A stretch of 64,000 nt of DNA from contig JAMCSD010000008.1 in NCBI GenBank assembly GCA_023380755.1, forward strand, positions 24,592-88,591, given 5' to 3'. The position numbers and the translations under genes were made by a program. Origin of the DNA: Patescibacteria group bacterium. GTDB taxonomy: Bacteria > Patescibacteriota > Microgenomatia > UBA12405. How positions within the stretch are numbered: the first letter of the stretch is position 1; every line of letters begins with the position of its first letter. Positions 46,608-54,729 of this stretch are shown here, one piece after another. The notes beneath the pieces are model-generated. The model was not told the DNA's origin and searched no databases. It saw only the letters and a list, made by a program, of their open reading frames with translations.

Positions 46608-47107
46608 TTAATAAGGAAAGACTGGAATTAGTGGGTTCAAGACCAGTAGTGATTGAAACGGATCAAGTCTTAGAAATTAATGAAGATTACCAACCGGTTA
46701 CGTGGCATCATCATAGAAGCGAAAGGGTGGGGATTTTAAGAGAACAACTGAACCCACAACAAATAATAATTCTCGCAAAATTAGCTCAAAGGATCGAATC
46801 GACTCCGGACGTATTTAAAATTGAGGTGAGGCATATAACCGGATTCTACGAACACGACCGCTATACTGCTTGCGTCCGGGTTACCTTATTGGATAGAGCA
46901 GAGCGGGAGCATTGTTTATTATTTAAGGAGACAAAAAAACCCGGTGATTTTGAACGATGGAAGGCTAGTAATAATTGGATAGAAGAAGGTGATTTACCAA
47001 AGATGAGGGCGGCGGAAGGAGAAGGGCCAGAAGAACGATGGGAACAGTGGATAAGGTGGAATGGTTACAAATTTAAGGCCGGACCGGGGAAGAATCAAGA
47101 ATGTTGA
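46604..47107 (+). CDS. Tandem paralog 3 (with 35-aa C-terminal extension)
   Basis: RYTACVRVTLLDRAEREHCLLFKETKKPGDFERWKASNNWIEEGDL. ATGA start/stop overlap. AAGGAG SD. Confidence 0.72.
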   Translation: MINKERLELVGSRPVVIETDQVLEINEDYQPVTWHHHRSERVGILREQLNPQQIIILAKLAQRIESTPDVFKIEVRHITGFYEHDRYTACVRVTLLDRAEREHCLLFKETKKPGDFERWKASNNWIEEGDLPKMRAAEGEGPEERWEQWIRWNGYKFKAGPGKNQEC

Positions 47108-47387
47108 GCAGGTCAATAACCGGCTTACGATTAATGGTGGTATTACCGGAAAGCTGGCGAAGACAATGGGTGCAATTGGGCAGTTCAACGATGATAACAA
47201 AATAACCAAACCTTAAGGCTTTTAGTATGGTACCGACATGTGCTGACCGACCATGAGCTTGCTGCCACAATTTGACAATTTTCTGGCGAGGATGACACGT
47301 ACCAATCATGACATCGTAGCCCAAACGGATAAAGTTAGTGGCCAGTTCCAAACTATGATGGTCGGATCCAATGATCGCCACCCTCAT
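47073..47387 (-). CDS. Short Rossmann-like ORF, possibly a truncated NAD(P)-oxidoreductase remnant
   Basis: MRVAIIGSDHHSLELATNFIRLGYDV has a degenerate GxGxxG. It is only 104 aa, and its 3-prime end overlaps paralog 3 by 35 nt. Confidence 0.4.
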   Translation of the reverse strand: MRVAIIGSDHHSLELATNFIRLGYDVMIGTCHPRQKIVKLWQQAHGRSAHVGTILKALRFGYFVIIVELPNCTHCLRQLSGNTTINRKPVIDLLNILDSSPVRP

Positions 47388-47434
47388 AATTATATTATAA
47401 ACTTTCTCGTACCATTATGGTAGTAGTTTGGCGG

Positions 47435-48061
47435 TTACTTTTGAGGAATGAGACCAGTAAGGTTAATCTTACCGTTAATAACGGTTAAAGATTGGATGAA
47501 CAAACCTTTGGTATTGTTGAGCTGATTTTGAATCAAGGAGGTGATAGTGGGGGTGTTTTCGGTAATCGCTAATTTGGGAACAGAAAAGTTGCCAATGTTA
47601 ACCGCATTAGGCTTAAGAGAGACAAGATTATTATTAACAGTGAGGCCGCCTTGATAATAAAAGTCGGGATTTTGAGGGATGTGGTAACGACGAATAAGAG
47701 GATCGAGGACGGTTTTTGGATAAATTTGGTAAAGAAAAGGTAAAACTTGAGAGGAACGTAATTTGCCGGTAAGAGTAACAGTATTATCAGGGTTAACCTG
47801 GAGACCAGTGTTATAGAGGGGTGAATTACTCCCCTGCTGATTGAGGAAATAGGCGGCCTGGTCACCGGTAAAGCTGGTGTTAACCGCCGGCCCTAAGCCG
47901 GTAGGTAAACCACTGGGGTAAGCTGAGGGAGAAGCGGTGGGAAGGCCAAGAAGAGAAGTGGAAGTGGGAGTAAAAGGGCCACGAAGATAACTAATAATAG
48001 CGGCTAAGGCGATAACGACAATAACGGCGATGATGATGAGCGTGAGAGTACGATTCGGCAT
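47435..48061 (-). CDS. Membrane-anchored secreted hypothetical protein
   Basis: N-terminal TM LTLIIIAVIVVIALAAII. S/T/P linker. Confidence 0.6.
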   Translation of the reverse strand: MPNRTLTLIIIAVIVVIALAAIISYLRGPFTPTSTSLLGLPTASPSAYPSGLPTGLGPAVNTSFTGDQAAYFLNQQGSNSPLYNTGLQVNPDNTVTLTGKLRSSQVLPFLYQIYPKTVLDPLIRRYHIPQNPDFYYQGGLTVNNNLVSLKPNAVNIGNFSVPKLAITENTPTITSLIQNQLNNTKGLFIQSLTVINGKINLTGLIPQK

Positions 48062-48166
48062 AGGCAGAAAATTTGTAAAGGCAGCCCAAAAGGTGTGACT
48101 ATATAATTTTAGATAACTTACGGCAAAAAAGAAAGCATACCGGGAAATTCTGGTTATTTTTTAAAC

Positions 48167-48191
48167 AAAAACCCCGCCGTCGCGGGGTTTT
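48167..48191. terminator. Orphan bidirectional terminator-like hairpin in a divergent intergenic region
   Basis: AAAAA-CCCCGC-CGTC-GCGGGG-TTTT. No CDS ends here on either strand. Confidence 0.6.
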
Positions 48192-48345
48192 GAGGAGTCA
48201 CCTCTCGAATGAGAGATAAATAAGGATACGGAAATTAACTAAGAGGAGGCTGAGAAATTAAAAGAGATAGCGGAATGAATAAATAATCTACTATTATTGT
48301 ACTAGTTGTTGAAAAGAGACGGTGGATTTTTTGGTATAATTCATT

Positions 48346-48990
48346 ATGAGGTTTCGAGAATTTAGAGGTGAAATTTACGATGCCGGTGATATTGGTAAAG
48401 AAATCGCTAAGGGATTATTCCCGAGGCAGCAGATTCAACGGTCACTGCATTTTTTTGAGGGACACAACGGGGAGATCGAACAAGCAAACCGGGTGGAAGA
48501 ATTTGAACTGGCGGTGATGGAAATAAACCGGGTCTTGGGCGGAACCAAAGAACCATTTGACCCAGCAGTGGAGCAATTAAAGAAGTTGGTGGGCAATCGC
48601 CGGCTGCCACTGTTCGCCGACGATTTAGAATTCCCAGAAACCCGAGAAATGTACCGAGCAGAAGTGGCGGCCTGGAGGGAAGCGAAACGGACATTCCCCT
48701 CTTGGGCGGAGCGGGAATTTAGGCGGCCAGCAACGGCAGCGGTGGGAATGGCACTGGAATATTACGCGACAATGATTGGTTATTGGGTAAAAGGAATAAA
48801 CAGCAACCCAGAAGAGAGAAAGGCGGTGGCCCGAGCGGTGGTAATCGCAGTAGAGTCAACACTGGCGTTACATTACGGGGAGGGACACATGATACGGGAT
48901 GTGAAAGACTGGATGCTGGAGGAAAAAGAGGCGTTTTCATTGCTAGTACAACGAAAAATAGAAAGGTTGGAGGATGGTGGACAAAAATAA
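48346..48990 (+). CDS. Hypothetical protein
   Basis: 214-aa ORF. TGgTATAAT ends 5 nt before the ATG. Confidence 0.6.
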   Translation: MRFREFRGEIYDAGDIGKEIAKGLFPRQQIQRSLHFFEGHNGEIEQANRVEEFELAVMEINRVLGGTKEPFDPAVEQLKKLVGNRRLPLFADDLEFPETREMYRAEVAAWREAKRTFPSWAEREFRRPATAAVGMALEYYATMIGYWVKGINSNPEERKAVARAVVIAVESTLALHYGEGHMIRDVKDWMLEEKEAFSLLVQRKIERLEDGGQK

Positions 48991-49039
48991 GTACTGGTCA
49001 GGAGAAGTGACGCGAAAAAGTAATGCCTTGGATATAGAA

Positions 49040-49612
49040 TTACGAAAGATTTTTGGGAAGTAAAGCGGCGAGGCGGTGGAGCAGACCTGGGTAATCAAGA
49101 TGCTCTAAATCGGTGCTGTCGAAGATGATGATTTCACCATCAAGATCCAAAGGATCAGATTGACCACGAAGGAGTAGATCTTTAAATTCGTCGTAGTTGC
49201 CGGTGTCACAATGGCCGGGATGGCGAAGGCCAGATACGGAACGAGCCTTAAAACGTTCAAAGAGGATATCACCTTGACATTGGCACATAATTTGAATGGG
49301 GGTGAAGTGATATTTAGCCATTAACTTTTGGAACTCTTGATTAGCAAACTCAGCCTTGAAGTTGCTTTCGACAATGAATGAGGTGCCGGCGGTTAACAGA
49401 CTCTCCATAAAGTAGTGGAGGACGGCATAGGAGGCACCACCGAGCTTTTGAGACCAAGCGCGGTCCCGCCAGCCAACTTTATCAAAAAGGATTTCTTTGA
49501 CGCCGTCTTTGGAAAGATAAGGCAAGGGAAAACGCTCGATGATTTTTTGGGCGAGGGTAGTTTTGCCGGTGCAAGAGGGACCAGAAATGATAATGATGTA
49601 AGGAGAAGGCAT
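49040..49612 (-). CDS. P-loop kinase-like ATPase (AAA_33 / phosphotransferase-like)
   Basis: Walker A IIIISGPSCTGKTTLAQKI. Confidence 0.75.
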   Translation of the reverse strand: MPSPYIIIISGPSCTGKTTLAQKIIERFPLPYLSKDGVKEILFDKVGWRDRAWSQKLGGASYAVLHYFMESLLTAGTSFIVESNFKAEFANQEFQKLMAKYHFTPIQIMCQCQGDILFERFKARSVSGLRHPGHCDTGNYDEFKDLLLRGQSDPLDLDGEIIIFDSTDLEHLDYPGLLHRLAALLPKNLS

Positions 49613-49615
49613 AAA

Positions 49616-49894
49616 TTAACGGGAACGGGTAGGATAGGCGGTAGGGCAAGGGGTTTCCCAGGGGCGAAGGCATTTATTTAGCGTTTGGCACCAGGAATAG
49701 CCGGCGGCAATTAAACAGCCATGGACATCCTTATCACCGCCAATAAGATTGGGAGCGGACACGGCGGGAACAGTAATTGATTTTTGGTATTGCATACCAA
49801 GATAAAAGCCGAGAAAAGGCAAGGCGACAAAAAGGGCCATGGCCAAGGCGACGGAAAAAGGAGTAACCGTGGTCCAGGATTTAGGTAGTTTCAT
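49616..49894 (-). CDS. Small secreted Cys-containing protein
   Basis: MKLPKSWTTVTPFSVALAMALFVALPF anchor. HGCLIAAGYSWCQTLNKCLRPWETPC (4 Cys). Confidence 0.5.
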   Translation of the reverse strand: MKLPKSWTTVTPFSVALAMALFVALPFLGFYLGMQYQKSITVPAVSAPNLIGGDKDVHGCLIAAGYSWCQTLNKCLRPWETPCPTAYPTRSR

Positions 49895-49945
49895 ACTATC
49901 ATTATGACACAAAGTTCCGGAAATGATTTGCTGACCAATTGGCCA

Positions 49946-49976
49946 TTGACATTCTAGTTACTGGAAGGTGTAAAGT
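49946..49976 (+). promoter_or_regulatory. MerR-type promoter: TTGACA - 19 nt - TAAAGT, 7 nt before the merR-family ATG
   Basis: TTGACA 49946-49951. The 19-nt spacer contains the imperfect dyad TTCTAGT-T-ACTGGAA. TAAAGT 49971-49976. Confidence 0.55.
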
Positions 49977-49983
49977 AGCGATA

Positions 49984-50424
49984 ATGAAATACACTATCGG
50001 CCAAATCGCCAAACAAGTCGGACTACCGACAAAAACCATCCGGTTCTATGAAGAAGAAGGGGTAATTACTCCGGCCCAAAGGGGCGAAAACGGCTACCGG
50101 CTGTATCAAGAAATAACGGTTAAGGAATTACAAATGATTAAGTATGCCCGAGGACTGGGCATTCCCCTCTTGGAAATTAAACGGCTAATGAAGGGGTGTG
50201 AAGAGGGGCACTGCTCCCACTCAAAACAATTTGTGGACGAAAATATTAACCGATATTTAGGAGAACTAGACTCTAAGATAGGACAACTAAACACCCTTAA
50301 AAACAAATTGATAGAGTTGCAAAAAACATTAAAAACACAAAAGGCGAACTGCCCCAGCAATGAATACTGCTGTGATTTGCTCCACCAACTTATTGATTTA
50401 GACCAAGGAGGGAAAAATGCGTAG
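49984..50424 (+). CDS. MerR-family transcriptional regulator with Cys-rich C-terminal region
   Basis: YTIGQIAKQVGLPTKTIRFYEEEGVITPAQRGENGYRLY. Cys at GCEEGHC and CPSNEYCC. Confidence 0.88.
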   Translation: MKYTIGQIAKQVGLPTKTIRFYEEEGVITPAQRGENGYRLYQEITVKELQMIKYARGLGIPLLEIKRLMKGCEEGHCSHSKQFVDENINRYLGELDSKIGQLNTLKNKLIELQKTLKTQKANCPSNEYCCDLLHQLIDLDQGGKNA

Positions 50425-50469
50425 TCCACCCTGTTGCTAAGTTAAATGACCCTGACGCGCGACAGGGAT

Positions 50470-50964
50470 TTAACGAATATCAGGAAAGCGACGATGAAGA
50501 CGAAGCCCGACTTCACGATACAGTGGATGATGAGATATAAAATATCGGTTTACGTCAATTCCATCAAATTTACTCATAACGGCAAGACCATCAACGGTTT
50601 TGGTAATGATCCAATCACGGACAGTGACTGCCTCTACAGGTCTGATGGTGGGAGTCAACATAGCCATCCAGATATTAGTTTTCTCTTGTTTTTTTCGGAC
50701 TTTGGGAAGCTGGGCTAAGACTTCTTGGTCGGCTTCGATAGTATCCATAAGAACGGTAAGTTCAAAGCGCCGATCTGATTGGCGTAAAGTAAGAAGACCA
50801 TAACCACGAGCAAATCCGATCATCTCTAGAGAGAGTGGGCCAAAGTGAGCCCAGTCGAGCGCGAGGGTAAAGTCGATAGCCGGGGTAACAATAAAACGGT
50901 CGACAGCGTCAATGTCGGTAATCGTTTGGTGTATGGGCGGTAAACTAACGTTACGTTCGGACAT
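50470..50964 (-). CDS. Hypothetical protein
   Basis: 164-aa ORF. TATAAT lies 5 nt upstream of the ATG. Confidence 0.55.
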   Translation of the reverse strand: MSERNVSLPPIHQTITDIDAVDRFIVTPAIDFTLALDWAHFGPLSLEMIGFARGYGLLTLRQSDRRFELTVLMDTIEADQEVLAQLPKVRKKQEKTNIWMAMLTPTIRPVEAVTVRDWIITKTVDGLAVMSKFDGIDVNRYFISHHPLYREVGLRLHRRFPDIR

Positions 50965-50990
50965 AGTTAATTATACTAGGAAGGAGAAGT

Positions 50991-51452
50991 TTAACTTAAA
51001 CGACGAGCGCGGAAGTGTTCCAATGTTTCAAGGGGCGGAAGAATAGTGATTTGGTTGCGAATGTTTTGAGGAATATTAACAAAACGACTGAGGGGTTCGG
51101 CGGCATAAAGTGGCCGTCGGCAGGCTAGAGCGAAGCCGACCTCAAAAGCGGCGGAATTACCGAGATAGCCATCAGGGTTAACAAGATAGAATAGATCAGC
51201 ACGGGAAATGGCAACAAGAAAGGTATCTTCGATTTGGCGAATTGAAAGGTCGATTTCGGTGGGAAGCGGATGGGAGCCGGGCTCACCTGCTTTGATTTGA
51301 AGATGGGGATCGCGAGAGGCAGACCAGCCGGGGTCGGGAGCTAAAACGCTGGCGCCATAATGCTCAAATTCGGCGCGAGCGGCGTCGATTTTGTCTTTAA
51401 ATTTAAAGGAGCCAGAGAGGATGACGTTAATTTCCGGTAAATTGGCGGACAT
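50991..51452 (-). CDS. Hypothetical protein (nucleoside 2-deoxyribosyltransferase-like fold suspected)
   Basis: INVILSGSFKFKDKID...GNSAAFEVGFALACRRPLY layout. Weak evidence. Confidence 0.4.
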   Translation of the reverse strand: MSANLPEINVILSGSFKFKDKIDAARAEFEHYGASVLAPDPGWSASRDPHLQIKAGEPGSHPLPTEIDLSIRQIEDTFLVAISRADLFYLVNPDGYLGNSAAFEVGFALACRRPLYAAEPLSRFVNIPQNIRNQITILPPLETLEHFRARRLS

Positions 51453-51470
51453 GGTGTATTATAATGAGTT

Positions 51471-51983
51471 ATGACAGAAGAAGTGCAAAGATATACCGTA
51501 ATTCCCAGAGTTTTGGTTTTTGTTTTCAAAAATAATAAGCTGATGATGATGAAATACTCGGGTAAAGGCGGACACCAAACACAGGAAAAAGTAGATCGAA
51601 AAGATATTTACAACCCAATCGGTGGGCATATTGAGGATGGTGAAAGTCCAATAGATTGTGCTACTAAAGAAGCCATGGAAGAAGCGGGGATAAAACTTTT
51701 GAATCCGAAAATCAGCGGAGTGATTAATGTGTCGGGGTTTGCCGGAAAAAATATTATGAATTTCATTGTTTCGGGAACGACAGAAGACGAGCCAATAAAA
51801 GAAACCTTAGAAGGGACGATGGAATGGGTGGACTCAAAGGCAATTGACGGATTGAAAGTTTTCCCGGATTTGAAGCCGATCATGGATAAATTAATGTCAC
51901 TAAAAGAGGGACAAATGTTTACGGGAGTGATCGAATTTGACGGGAAGTTTGGGTTGAGAAAGATTGAGCTAAAAACGAATTGA
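51471..51983 (+). CDS. NUDIX hydrolase
   Basis: Nudix box GGHIEDGESPIDCATKEAMEEAGI. Confidence 0.85.
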   Translation: MTEEVQRYTVIPRVLVFVFKNNKLMMMKYSGKGGHQTQEKVDRKDIYNPIGGHIEDGESPIDCATKEAMEEAGIKLLNPKISGVINVSGFAGKNIMNFIVSGTTEDEPIKETLEGTMEWVDSKAIDGLKVFPDLKPIMDKLMSLKEGQMFTGVIEFDGKFGLRKIELKTN

Positions 51984-52051
51984 CTTATTAAGTACTATGC
52001 AGCGTAGTAGAAAGGCATATGATGATGGTAGTTAACCATTAATTTAAAAAA

Positions 52052-52306
52052 ATGATAAATACCGGAAGAGCAGTAAAGGCGAGTGTAGTGTGGATGACCG
52101 TAGTTTATTTAGTTTGCTATTTTGGGGTATTGCTACTGCCGGGAATAAGGGATTTATTTATGCAATACGCGTTGCACACTAAAGTGAGCGGCTGGGAAAA
52201 CGTCATGTCACTGACTACGCTGATAACGGGGGTGGTGGTCTGGGATGTGCTGGCAGCAGTGGGAGTGGGGCTGTTTGCCACGGTCTATAACCAAATAAAA
52301 AAGTAG
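52052..52306 (+). CDS. Small membrane protein
   Basis: 84 aa, 2-3 TM helices. Confidence 0.5.
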   Translation: MINTGRAVKASVVWMTVVYLVCYFGVLLLPGIRDLFMQYALHTKVSGWENVMSLTTLITGVVVWDVLAAVGVGLFATVYNQIKK

Positions 52307-52309
52307 GCT

Positions 52310-52567
52310 TTAGTCTTCGACAACCACAAGGGTATCGATAGGATCATGGACCTCCCAGCGAGGAGTAAAAGAGACAGAGTAGCCGCGATCGCCAAAAGTG
52401 ACGGAGTCTAAGTGGAGGCAATGGGTAAGGACTTGCTTTACCCGGGTAAAACCAATTTGGCTTTCAAAAACGCCGACAATGGTTTGACGGACACCGTTAA
52501 CAGAAATTTTGGTACCAGACTGATAAGGAGCAAGAGTATAAAGGAATTGTTCAGCGGAACGAGGCAT
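52310..52567 (-). CDS. Small hypothetical protein (last gene of DUF1573-like operon)
   Basis: 85-aa ORF beginning 1 nt after the upstream stop. Confidence 0.5.
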   Translation of the reverse strand: MPRSAEQFLYTLAPYQSGTKISVNGVRQTIVGVFESQIGFTRVKQVLTHCLHLDSVTFGDRGYSVSFTPRWEVHDPIDTLVVVED

Positions 52568-52568
52568 A

Positions 52569-53108
52569 TTAAAAAGCGAAATAATTAATGAGAAGGTATA
52601 CTGTCAGGCTGAGAGCCCAGAGACTACCCAAGGAAACAACAACCCGTTGATAAGGGAAGAAAATGCCATGGTGGAGCTTAATGGCGAGAGCATCAAGAAA
52701 ATCAACTAGATAGAAAAAGGCGCCCCCGAGAAGTAGGCCAAAGGTAAGCCGGGGTAAGCCGAAAAGGTCACCATTGTGAGTGCTAATTAACTTAAATTGA
52801 TAGAAAGACCAGAGGGTGGAAAGAAAAATTAGAAGATAGACAAGAGGTTTTTTGAGAGGAAATTTAAGTTTGCGGAGAGTGAAGGTGGTAAACCAGAAAG
52901 AAGTAGCACCCAAAAAGGCTGCCAACCAAATGCCGGTAATGCTGTCATCAACACCAAGAAGGCGGGAAAGGGTTAAGCCAGCGGCAGCGCCAGCGACACA
53001 CAGAGGGCAATGAGCCAGTGCGGGAGCAGCCAGCAAAAAGGTAAAGGCAAACAAATTAACCAGTAAGAAAAGGACTAACATGGGATGGTTAAATAATAGT
53101 GCCGGCAA
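52569..53108 (-). CDS. CPxC membrane protein (paralog of 44048-44536)
   Basis: Signal-like MLVLFLLVNLFAFTFLLAAPALA followed by HCPLC, then 4-5 TM helices. Overlaps the upstream gene by 20 nt. Confidence 0.65.
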   Translation of the reverse strand: MPALLFNHPMLVLFLLVNLFAFTFLLAAPALAHCPLCVAGAAAGLTLSRLLGVDDSITGIWLAAFLGATSFWFTTFTLRKLKFPLKKPLVYLLIFLSTLWSFYQFKLISTHNGDLFGLPRLTFGLLLGGAFFYLVDFLDALAIKLHHGIFFPYQRVVVSLGSLWALSLTVYLLINYFAF

Positions 53109-53580
53109 ATTTAAATTGCTTAACGCCGGAAGGATCCTGAAAATAAAGTTGAATTACGCGACGGAAAGGACCAACACCTTGTGGGCCGTGGGCGTTAGGA
53201 TCGAAATCAACCACAACTTTTCCGCTCTCCCCGGGATTGAGGGTCCAACCCAGAGGGGGGTTGAGAGCCCCAGCGGACTCCATGCCATAAAGATCGGATT
53301 CCTGATTACCAATAACCACCTTAGCTTTGGTACACATACAAGAGGTGGTAAGGCGACCAAGCTTCATGGGCTGGTTAGTGGAGTTTTTGAAGGTATATTC
53401 TTTGACCACCACTCCCCCTAAGCGAGGGACGTTGCCAAACTGATCTTCGTTGGCAGCGGCCTGGACACCAGCCAGGTCATTACTAATGGTGGCGGTCTGG
53501 TTGGTTTTAACAACAACCCAACCAGTAAAAATAGCAAATAAAAAGAAGCAGAGGAGGATAATTTTTAGTTCTTTAGGCAT
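53089..53580 (-). CDS. DUF1573-like secreted protein
   Basis: N-terminal anchor. TTSCMCTKAKV matches the DUF1573 SCxCT signature (recollection). VVDFDPNAHG. Confidence 0.7.
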   Translation of the reverse strand: MPKELKIILLCFFLFAIFTGWVVVKTNQTATISNDLAGVQAAANEDQFGNVPRLGGVVVKEYTFKNSTNQPMKLGRLTTSCMCTKAKVVIGNQESDLYGMESAGALNPPLGWTLNPGESGKVVVDFDPNAHGPQGVGPFRRVIQLYFQDPSGVKQFKFAGTII

Positions 53581-53594
53581 ATGTAGTTAATAAA

Positions 53595-53611
53595 TACTAC
53601 ATAGTGTAGTA
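53595..53611. promoter_or_regulatory. 17-bp palindromic operator TACTACATAGTGTAGTA (predicted BlaI/CopY-family site)
   Basis: Perfect 7+3+7 inverted repeat, 15 nt upstream of the DUF1573-like gene start. Confidence 0.6.
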
Positions 53612-53620
53612 TTTAAACCA

Positions 53621-53657
53621 TTGACAAGCAAGAGGTTAGTCACTACACTCCGTAGTA
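53621..53657 (+). promoter_or_regulatory. Promoter/operator of the DsbA-like gene: TTGACA-17-TACACT-7-ATG with operator CACTACACTCCGTAGTA
   Basis: TTGACA 53621-53626, TACACT 53644-53649, operator 53641-53657. The last A of the operator is the A of ATG 53657. Confidence 0.6.
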
Positions 53658-54556
53658 TGATGAGAAAAAACCATTCCCCAAAAGTTGTTAAAAGCGTCAG
53701 GCCAATGACTGCCCCACAACCGCAATTAAAAACGGATAATTCCAGGGTAGTAATAGCCACACCGGCAGTAATATTTTATATGGGACTACTGGTGGTGACC
53801 TCATTGATGGCGGGGTACGGCTGGGCAAAGACCGGAGGGGCTAAGGTGCTGGGAACCACAACTTCCCCGACAGCAGCACCGCAGGTACAACAACAAGCTC
53901 AGCAACAACAGCAGCCGGCGCAGCCCCAAGTCAGCCTGGAGACAATTAAAGGATTATTTTCAAAGGATCTGGTTAAATTTGGGAAAGGTGACAAGAAGCT
54001 CTTAATGGTGGAGGTGTCGGACCCCAGCTGCCCATACTGCCATATTGCTGGTGGGATAAATACCGAAATCGGGGCCCAAGCGGGACCAAGGTTTACCCTT
54101 ACTTCTCAAGGGGGAACCTATGTGGCACCCCTACCAGAGATGAGAAAACTGCTTGATGAAGGAAAGGCGGATTTTGTCTGGATATATACCCGAGGGCACG
54201 GAAACGGCGAATTGGCCACGAAGGCACTGTACTGCGCTTATGACCAAGGAAAATTCTGGGAAGCACATGATTTGTTACTGTCAGCAAAAGGCTATGATTT
54301 ACTGAATAATCAGATCCAAAACGATACTTCCAAAACTCAACAATTGGTGGATTTCTTGGCTTCAGCAGTGAACACACAACAATTAAAAAGCTGCTTGGAT
54401 AGCGGAAAGTACAATAACCGTCTGGCAGCCGATTCGGCGGTGGCAGCATCGTTGGGCGTCTATGGGACACCAGGATTCTTCTTAAATACGACTAACTTTG
54501 GCGGCGCTTACAGCTGGAACGATATGAAAAGTGTGGCTGAGGCGGCACTGCAATAG
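53657..54556 (+). CDS. DsbA-family thiol:disulfide oxidoreductase, membrane anchored
   Basis: Thioredoxin-fold active site DPSCPYCH. TM VVIATPAVIFYMGLLVVTSLMAGYGW. Gln-rich linker. Start set to in-frame ATG 53657 (track ORF begins at TTG 53621). Confidence 0.85.
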   Translation: MMRKNHSPKVVKSVRPMTAPQPQLKTDNSRVVIATPAVIFYMGLLVVTSLMAGYGWAKTGGAKVLGTTTSPTAAPQVQQQAQQQQQPAQPQVSLETIKGLFSKDLVKFGKGDKKLLMVEVSDPSCPYCHIAGGINTEIGAQAGPRFTLTSQGGTYVAPLPEMRKLLDEGKADFVWIYTRGHGNGELATKALYCAYDQGKFWEAHDLLLSAKGYDLLNNQIQNDTSKTQQLVDFLASAVNTQQLKSCLDSGKYNNRLAADSAVAASLGVYGTPGFFLNTTNFGGAYSWNDMKSVAEAALQ

Positions 54557-54729
54557 TTAATTGGCTTTGAGAGTTTTAAGGGTAGGCTTGGCGTGATCCA
54601 GGGGACGGCGGAAAAATTCGTCAAGAGTAAAAATATACTGCGTCTGGTGAATCATAATTTATTTAAATGGTAATGGTAAATAATAGCTCCTTGACCATTA
54701 AATTATGGTGAGGTTGAAATGAAAATTTT

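Noticed and set aside
51993-52009. TACTATGCAGCGTAGTA, a fifth copy of the BlaI-type palindrome (one mismatch in the core half-site)
   Set aside because: The half-site spacing is right, but it lacks the promoter geometry of the other four. The -35-like TTGACT is only 10 nt from the would-be -10, there is no start codon at its end, and only a 7-codon ORF (MMMVVNH) follows. It is worth including in a genome-wide motif scan but is not called.
54559-54657. 32-aa minus-strand ORF (MIHQTQYIFTLDEFFRRPLDHAKPTLKTLKAN) with a TTAAAT box 5 nt upstream
   Set aside because: It is too short, has no recognisable features, and cannot be distinguished from chance without conservation or expression data.
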